Assembly (NCBI GenBank): GCA_002317155.1
Contig: DCIR01000012.1
Coordinates: 23,976 to 87,975 of the forward strand
Direction: 5' to 3'
From: Lachnospiraceae bacterium UBA1721
GTDB lineage: Bacteria > Bacillota > Clostridia > Lachnospirales > Lachnospiraceae
Length of the DNA: 64,000 nt
Within the stretch, counting starts at the first letter, position 1; the number at the start of each line of letters is the position of its first letter. This document shows positions 57,637 to 64,000 of the stretch, one piece after another. Position numbers and translations under genes: made by a program. Below the pieces are notes generated by a model. That model made no database searches. It saw only the letters and a program-made list of their open reading frames with translations, and was not told the DNA's origin.

Positions 57637-60258
57637 CTATATACTGCCCCAGAAGTCCATAAGCCGGTCATAAACCGTATTAATTGACACTCTGGACGCG
57701 TTTATCCACTCTCTCGGGAACAGTTTATTGTAATTATTCTGCAAAAAACGCTCGTCAAGCAGGGCAATCACACCTCTATCCTGCTCTGTTCTGATAACTC
57801 GTCCCGCCGCCTGAAGTACTTTATTCATTCCCGGATAGCGATATGCGTAGTCAAATCCGCTGTCATCTTCCTCATCAAAGTGTTCCTTAAGCAATTCTCT
57901 CTCAAAACATACCTGAGGAAGTCCTGTTCCTATTATCACAGAACCTATCAGCCTATCCTCTTTTAAGTCAATTCCTTCGCTGAATATTCCTCCCAGTACA
58001 CAGAATGCCGTAATATTCTCTCCCATATCAAACAATTCCAGGAAGTTTTCTCTATCAGCCTCAGACATAGTCTCCTGCTGTATTATGCACTCCTCATCAC
58101 CCTTGGCAAACATTTCCTTGTAGATATCAAATATATTCCTCATAAACGCATGTGAAGGGCAGAATATCATATAATTGCCTCTTTTTGCGTGCACAACCTC
58201 GTCCACATAGCCTGCAATACGTCTGTATTCTTCTTCAGACCGTCTCGTATACTTGCTGGTAACGTCCGATGCAAGCAAAATGGCACTATTCTTAGGATCA
58301 AACACAGATTTTGCATACACCTCGTAATCTGTTGGTTCTCCCCCCAGCAGCTTTTTATAATACTGTATCGGCAGGAACGTAGCTGAAAATAGAATCGTAC
58401 TTCTGCCAAATTTCATGCACTCTTTTAGGTTCTGAGCAGGATTCATGCAAAACAGCTTGACCATAAAACCACCGTCATCGTCCAGCTGTGAGTACATAGT
58501 ATAATGCTCATCCATTATCTCGTAAGTCTGCAAGAAATGTGACACTTCAAAGAAAAAGTCCAGCAAATCACTCATCACGTCAGGAGTATGCTGCTCTCTC
58601 TCCTCGAGATAATCACTCATAATCGCATATACTCTGTTGAGTGGTTTGACAAACCTATCTATCTCATAGAGCACCATATTGCGCTCACACTCGCGCTTCA
58701 TCTCAAGCAAAGCCTTATTGCAACGCTCCAGCTGAGCAACCATCTGATCAGCGTATCCATTTCGCACAAATATGCTCTTACCACCGCGCTTTTTCTTGCC
58801 CGTACTCATATATAATGAATCCAGTTCATCATCATCAATACTGCCAAATCCGGCAGGAAGATCCTTGTGTTCAGCACCCTCTACATCGTTTGTATCGCCC
58901 GAATCTCCGCTCTTTTTAGTCAATTTATCGTCAACAATAACACCTGTTATATCAAGTGCCAGCTGTCCCTCAATCTGCTCTTTTTTACGTCCCGAAGTCT
59001 CAGCAAGAATAGTCTGCTTAATACTTCTTCTAAGCTCCATGAACTGTTCCTTGAACAACACAGCGCTATACATATCTCTGCCTCGCTCCAGCAGATTATG
59101 TGCTTCATCTATCAGGAAAATATTCTCTCCGTCAGCTGCACCGTCTCCAAAAAATCTCTGAAGCCTAGCATGTGGATCAAATAAATAGTTATAGTCGCAC
59201 ACTATTCCGTCTGCAAAAAGACTCGCATCCAGGGTAAGTTCAAATGGGCAAACCTTATACTTATGCGCATATTCCTCGATGACATCGCGCGTAAGCACCT
59301 CATTTTCTCCAAGCAGAGCATACAATGCTTCATTTATTCTGTCATAATGCCCTGCCGCATACTCGCAATTTTCAGGATTACAGTCCTTAACCTCGCAAAA
59401 GCATATCTTTTCCTTCGCAGTGATTACTACGCTCCTGAACTTCAGTCCACGCTCTCTGAGCAGACTGAAAGCATCACTGGCAACAGTGCGTGTGATCGTT
59501 TTCGCAGTAAGATAGAACAACCTCTCCGCCTTACCTACACCTATTGCCTTGATTGCCGGGAAAATAGTAGTTATAGTTTTACCTACCCCCGTAGGCGCCT
59601 CCAGGAAGAGCTTACGCTTATCATTTATTGTCTGATAGACCTGAACGGCCAATTCCCTCTGTCCGGGGCGATATTCAAACGGGAATTCCAATTCTGCCGC
59701 AGACTCACTTCTTTCCTTATACTGCCTGCATTTGAGCATACACCACTTATCATACTCATCTACCAGACCAAGGAACCATTTCTCCAGATCATCAAATACC
59801 TGTTCATCATAAAAATATCTGATTTCCTCAGTCTCCATATTGCAGTAAGTCAGTCTGATTTTAACAGTCTCCGGCTTCATCTCTCGTGCATACATATAGG
59901 CATAACATTTTGCCTGCGCCAAATGAACAAATACAGGTTCCTTCATCTTGTCCAGACGCCTGTATGTACCCTTTATCTCATCAATGGTGATGCCCTCTGC
60001 ATTGGTTATCACTCCGTCGGCGCGTCCCTCAATCATCAATGAATACTGCGGCTTTGAGCATACAAAAAACAGAGGAACCTCGGCCGCATAATCCGGGCCC
60101 ATTTTCCCCTGTATCATCCTGTGAATTCTGCTTCCCTCCTGCATGGCAGCAAGCTCACCACCGCCACCATGGCGGTTATCTATATCTCCGCCCCGCAGAA
60201 GGAATTCGACCAATCCACGTACCGATATATGTATCTGATAAGTATTCTCCGTTTCCAA
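57637..60258 (-). CDS. DinG/XPD-family Fe-S helicase with N-terminal PD-(D/E)xK nuclease domain
   Basis: GRADG...IDEIK; APTGVGKT; KEKIC...C...C...CP Fe-S cluster; DEAHN; SATF; EGID; QAAGRVIR. Confidence 0.9.
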   Translation of the reverse strand: METENTYQIHISVRGLVEFLLRGGDIDNRHGGGGELAAMQEGSRIHRMIQGKMGPDYAAEVPLFFVCSKPQYSLMIEGRADGVITNAEGITIDEIKGTYRRLDKMKEPVFVHLAQAKCYAYMYAREMKPETVKIRLTYCNMETEEIRYFYDEQVFDDLEKWFLGLVDEYDKWCMLKCRQYKERSESAAELEFPFEYRPGQRELAVQVYQTINDKRKLFLEAPTGVGKTITTIFPAIKAIGVGKAERLFYLTAKTITRTVASDAFSLLRERGLKFRSVVITAKEKICFCEVKDCNPENCEYAAGHYDRINEALYALLGENEVLTRDVIEEYAHKYKVCPFELTLDASLFADGIVCDYNYLFDPHARLQRFFGDGAADGENIFLIDEAHNLLERGRDMYSAVLFKEQFMELRRSIKQTILAETSGRKKEQIEGQLALDITGVIVDDKLTKKSGDSGDTNDVEGAEHKDLPAGFGSIDDDELDSLYMSTGKKKRGGKSIFVRNGYADQMVAQLERCNKALLEMKRECERNMVLYEIDRFVKPLNRVYAIMSDYLEEREQHTPDVMSDLLDFFFEVSHFLQTYEIMDEHYTMYSQLDDDGGFMVKLFCMNPAQNLKECMKFGRSTILFSATFLPIQYYKKLLGGEPTDYEVYAKSVFDPKNSAILLASDVTSKYTRRSEEEYRRIAGYVDEVVHAKRGNYMIFCPSHAFMRNIFDIYKEMFAKGDEECIIQQETMSEADRENFLELFDMGENITAFCVLGGIFSEGIDLKEDRLIGSVIIGTGLPQVCFERELLKEHFDEEDDSGFDYAYRYPGMNKVLQAAGRVIRTEQDRGVIALLDERFLQNNYNKLFPREWINASRVSINTVYDRLMDFWGSI

Positions 60259-60266
60259 TTTATAGC

Positions 60267-62414
60267 CTATTCCTCAGCCGTCACATCCGCCGCAACGAGT
60301 ACCGCATACTTGCGATTTACAAAAGTTATCTCGTAACCGGCCTGCTCAAAATATCCAGTCAAAAGCTTCCATTTTCCGTTATCAAGAATCTCTGATGCCT
60401 CTTTTCTGATACTCTCATCAAGGCTTTCATCCTGCACTATTTTTTCAGCATTATCCAAATCTATATAATCAACGTACTTGGCATCAATAATAACAACAGG
60501 ATATGCATTTTTTCTGCTCAATAACGATTCTGTAGCGTCTTCGTCAGCTTCATCATTAATATTATCTTTTATTACATTAGGAATTCCCGTAATTGTCGCA
60601 GCCGCACTTTGACTAATCGCTTCCTCAGCTTCGTTTACGGTTTTTTCAAGATCTTGCGCCAATATAGCTTCGTTATATGAATCAAGATCAATCCAGGGAT
60701 TAAATGCTGCCGGCATCTGCAAATAGAAAGACAACGCCGGAATATTACCGTATGTTATCAATTCATTTTCCTGCAGGCCTTCTGATTGAATATAACCGTA
60801 GAGCTCAGCATAATTGCTGGCTTTATCATAATTCATTCTTATACCCTTCACTGTGCTATCGACGCTCACGGTATAATATGTATCCCATGCGTTATTAGCC
60901 TCAGTGAATACAAACGCATGTCCAAAAAGCGTAATCTGGACAATGCACAGCGCATAAAATACGCATATCACTGCCTTAACGGGGAACAGTGACACATAGC
61001 TCAATGCCACTTCATAATTTTTTCTGCGCTTGTTGTTTTCTCTGACTATCAGCGGATTATTGAAGTTATAACGGCTTATTCCTTCCCCATCTCTGACACT
61101 CAGCATCGTCCACAGACTGTACAAAAGAATGGGTGCTATGAGGAACTGGTTGTTTATAACAGGGAAAATACCGGTATTGCTTCCGATTGGCGTTATCAAA
61201 ATTACAATGAGAACCAGACCATTTATCAGACGCGTTTCCAACGTATTCCCGGGCTTGAATATCTGAATAATACAAGCAATTACGGATACAAGTATCAGCA
61301 CCGCACAGGGAAGAAGGATCTGACCATATTCACCGTAGTGTCCAAACGAAAAATCCTTCCTATAGAGCCAATAAATAGCCCCCAAAGCAAACACGCCGGA
61401 GATGACATATGCCCATCCCAGGAAATTGAAGTTCTTTCCAAACAATCCGCCGGTATGTTCTTTTCTGCCATACTGAATATCAAGATGCTTGGCAAGTGCA
61501 CATACAAGGATTCCGCCTATTGCAAACACACACAGTCTGCTGAACCAATACCCCGCCTCCTTATACCAGTTGATAAGTCCGCGAATCATCGACATAGCAC
61601 TGTAATCAGATGCCTCATCCGTCATTGCAAAGAGTCTGGTAATAGCCTTAAAATATGCGCCGAAACCATATTGGATTCCGAAGAATAAAAGCATTCCTCC
61701 GACAGAAGTTGCATATCCACCGATACACATCAATGTACGAATAAGTGATCTATTAAATCCATTCTTACGCTCTCTTTTTCTAAGCGTACCTGTCTCCGTC
61801 TTAGCCTTGGCTTCTGTCTCCAAAATTCCGTACACCCACACTGCAAAAATGAGCACGACCTCAGGAAGATTGGAAAATCTGACAAATACGTTAAGTCCCA
61901 GGAACACACCTGCAAAATACAGGCAATGCTTGCGTTTTTTATGCAATCCAAAATACAGACATATAACTGTAATCATCAGGAACAAATATGTCATGTAATT
62001 ATACAGAAGAGCTGTCGGGCACCAGCAAAGACTGATTGCCATATATTCTCCCACAAATGATATTGATTTGGGCAATTTGATTATTCTGGTACAGAACATA
62101 TACGCCATAATGGCGAGAAGCGATATCATAAGAGCCGTATAGAAATTCAATCCCAATACAGTCTTACCAAATGGCAGAATTGACATAAGATGTCCTAAAC
62201 CATTTGCCAGATAGGTCGAAAAAAACCACATCGAATCCATGGAATCCAGTCCCATATACTCAAAATTGGCATAGTTATATCCTGTATCCCAAAGGTCCAG
62301 TCCGACATGGATATGTCTGAGCGGATAAAGAGCCATAAAGAGCACCATAAGTGCCTCTATGGTTCTTCGCAAATATGGATGTTTTTTAAAGTAATCATCT
62401 AATCGGTTAAGCAT
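60267..62414 (-). CDS. Multi-pass membrane protein, possible GT-C glycosyltransferase
   Basis: GLDLWDTG in the first loop, more than 10 TM helices, soluble C-terminal domain. Confidence 0.65.
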   Translation of the reverse strand: MLNRLDDYFKKHPYLRRTIEALMVLFMALYPLRHIHVGLDLWDTGYNYANFEYMGLDSMDSMWFFSTYLANGLGHLMSILPFGKTVLGLNFYTALMISLLAIMAYMFCTRIIKLPKSISFVGEYMAISLCWCPTALLYNYMTYLFLMITVICLYFGLHKKRKHCLYFAGVFLGLNVFVRFSNLPEVVLIFAVWVYGILETEAKAKTETGTLRKRERKNGFNRSLIRTLMCIGGYATSVGGMLLFFGIQYGFGAYFKAITRLFAMTDEASDYSAMSMIRGLINWYKEAGYWFSRLCVFAIGGILVCALAKHLDIQYGRKEHTGGLFGKNFNFLGWAYVISGVFALGAIYWLYRKDFSFGHYGEYGQILLPCAVLILVSVIACIIQIFKPGNTLETRLINGLVLIVILITPIGSNTGIFPVINNQFLIAPILLYSLWTMLSVRDGEGISRYNFNNPLIVRENNKRRKNYEVALSYVSLFPVKAVICVFYALCIVQITLFGHAFVFTEANNAWDTYYTVSVDSTVKGIRMNYDKASNYAELYGYIQSEGLQENELITYGNIPALSFYLQMPAAFNPWIDLDSYNEAILAQDLEKTVNEAEEAISQSAAATITGIPNVIKDNINDEADEDATESLLSRKNAYPVVIIDAKYVDYIDLDNAEKIVQDESLDESIRKEASEILDNGKWKLLTGYFEQAGYEITFVNRKYAVLVAADVTAEE

Positions 62415-62417
62415 TCT

Positions 62418-63608
62418 TTATTTATCACCACAAATTTTGTCTGCGAAAACTCTATCCACGCATTCAATCTTTTCAACCAGTAACTTATAAGGCTTAATAC
62501 ATTTAAGCCCCTTATAAATCAAGCCAAACAATCTGCTACGAATAAATTCAACAATAACACCTGTTATGAATACGCACACAGCTGCTAGAACAGTATAACC
62601 CACAAGTCCGAGAACATTGTCCACTTTGGTACATCCGAACCATTCCTGCCACATATATCTCACTGCTACATTCTCATGAAGCAAATATACTCCCAAGGTC
62701 AGTGGCGCTATAAAAATAACAATCTTACTCATGACATTTACTTTATGAGACTTATTATCATTTTCCTTCAGACTGTATTTAGGGATAAATAAACCAAAAA
62801 GACCTAGCGCTCCTAAGAACGGGAATATATGGTTATAATGCATTGACACTCTGCTCACATATTCAAGTGCACCTGTCATCATTCCCACCTTGCCTATAGC
62901 AAGAATCTCCGCGAGGCTACCGCACATTCCTATAACCATCATCACTGCAGAGCTCTTTTTGTTAATAAACTTAGGCTCATAGCGTCTGATATATGCTGCC
63001 ACGAGGAACATAATCGCATACCATAAAAAGTCGTATCCCTCACCATCCATTTCGAGCTTAAAAGGAAGTACCGACTTAAGCACACAAATAACTAGTAAAA
63101 GCATTATCACAGCAACCCTGTGCTGAACCTCACTCATCTTTCTGACAGCCATGCCCAACAGCGGAAGAAGAAGATAAAAATAAACATATGCGGTCATAAA
63201 CCAGTAATGACCCATTGATACCGGCAGACCTAACGTAAGTAATCTGTATGTATCAAGCTCATCTCTGGGTGCCAAACCTGTCAGATAAGCAAGCATGCCT
63301 ATTCCGAAAGAATATGTCCACAACTGTATATACAATGAAATCAGTCTGCTCAGCTTAAAATGGGACTCGCACAAAAAATAACCGCTGATAAGCATATATA
63401 CGTTTACCGCAACGATACATATTGCTTCAATGGTCCATTCTGCTATTCCTAACAGACTCCATGATTCAGCCTTCATCATATCAGGGAGCAAATCTCCCTT
63501 GCCGAGGAAATGAAGCACGACGACCATCATCATCGCAATACAACGAAGGACATCCAGTCCCACACTGCGCTGCTTCTTATTCAATTTGACAATTGATTTG
63601 TTTGACAT
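62418..63608 (-). CDS. Acyltransferase-3 (OafA-like) membrane O-acyltransferase
   Basis: GLDVLRCIAMMMVVVLH, YMLISGYF, YWFM, GVYLLH. Likely start 63608. Confidence 0.9.
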   Translation of the reverse strand: MSNKSIVKLNKKQRSVGLDVLRCIAMMMVVVLHFLGKGDLLPDMMKAESWSLLGIAEWTIEAICIVAVNVYMLISGYFLCESHFKLSRLISLYIQLWTYSFGIGMLAYLTGLAPRDELDTYRLLTLGLPVSMGHYWFMTAYVYFYLLLPLLGMAVRKMSEVQHRVAVIMLLLVICVLKSVLPFKLEMDGEGYDFLWYAIMFLVAAYIRRYEPKFINKKSSAVMMVIGMCGSLAEILAIGKVGMMTGALEYVSRVSMHYNHIFPFLGALGLFGLFIPKYSLKENDNKSHKVNVMSKIVIFIAPLTLGVYLLHENVAVRYMWQEWFGCTKVDNVLGLVGYTVLAAVCVFITGVIVEFIRSRLFGLIYKGLKCIKPYKLLVEKIECVDRVFADKICGDK

Positions 63609-63753
63609 AGCCATCCTCTCGCATCGCATAATAAACGCATTATCTGTTATATTTTACCACAAATACACATCATTTTGAATACCAAGCTATTTTTCAGCAT
63701 TTTTCAAAAAAGAGATTGTCCCGGGAAAAGATGATTTCTTATCTCATAAAAAA

Positions 63754-63776
63754 TGGCGGAGCTCTTCACTCCGCCA
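63754..63776 (-). terminator. Intrinsic terminator after gltD
   Basis: TGGCGGAG-N7-CTCCGCCA followed by TTTTTT on the minus strand. Confidence 0.85.
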
Positions 63777-63801
63777 CTTCAAATCATTCTTTTATTGTGA
63801 A

Positions 63802-64000
63802 TTACAGATTTGAGTAACCCATAAGGCTCTCATCAACCTCTCTTGCGCAGTCACGACCTTCTCTGATCGCCCATACAACAAGAGACTGTCCTCTGTGCAT
63901 ATCACCGGTGACAAATACATTGTCAACTGATGTAGCAAACTTACCTGAACCGGTCTTAACATTAGTTCTCTCAGTTACTTCTACTCCAAATGCATCGGTA
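63802..64000 (-). CDS. gltD: Glutamate synthase small subunit, C-terminal end (partial)
   Basis: Hand translation ...[43 protein letters not shown]. Confidence 0.93.
   Translation of the reverse strand, partial: TDAFGVEVTERTNVKTGSGKFATSVDNVFVTGDMHRGQSLVVWAIREGRDCAREVDESLMGYSNL

Noticed and set aside
59263-60042. 259-aa plus-strand ORF
   Set aside because: Antisense to the DinG helicase, with no RBS or motifs.

Overview
AT-rich chromosomal backbone of a Lachnospiraceae-type anaerobic Firmicute (lineage inferred from gene content). About 60 genes, mostly on the minus strand: maf/ppk/pheA, a split folate cluster interleaved with flavin-trafficking genes (ApbE, NusG-II, Gx transporter), a DEAD-box helicase, map, nrdDG, a J-domain operon, tandem M14 paralogues, pyrF, mscL, comEC/comEA with a two-component system and holA, argJBD, a GH13, a nuclease-DinG helicase and the 3' end of gltD. 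No integrase, transposase, prophage or CRISPR array was seen. The most unusual element is a well-formed tRNA-Pro with anticodon AGG (A34) at 24693-24767. All 18 Pro codons of nrdD are CCU/CCC, which fits an A34/I34 decoder. Other unexplained items are two repeat arrays (21 bp and 10 bp units) between comEC and holA, a 28-bp-period triple repeat in the J-domain operon, a structured 400-bp spacer with DnaA-box-like motifs, a degenerate M14 paralogue and an unannotated ~51-aa membrane protein. Product calls come from motif recognition only; no database search was run.
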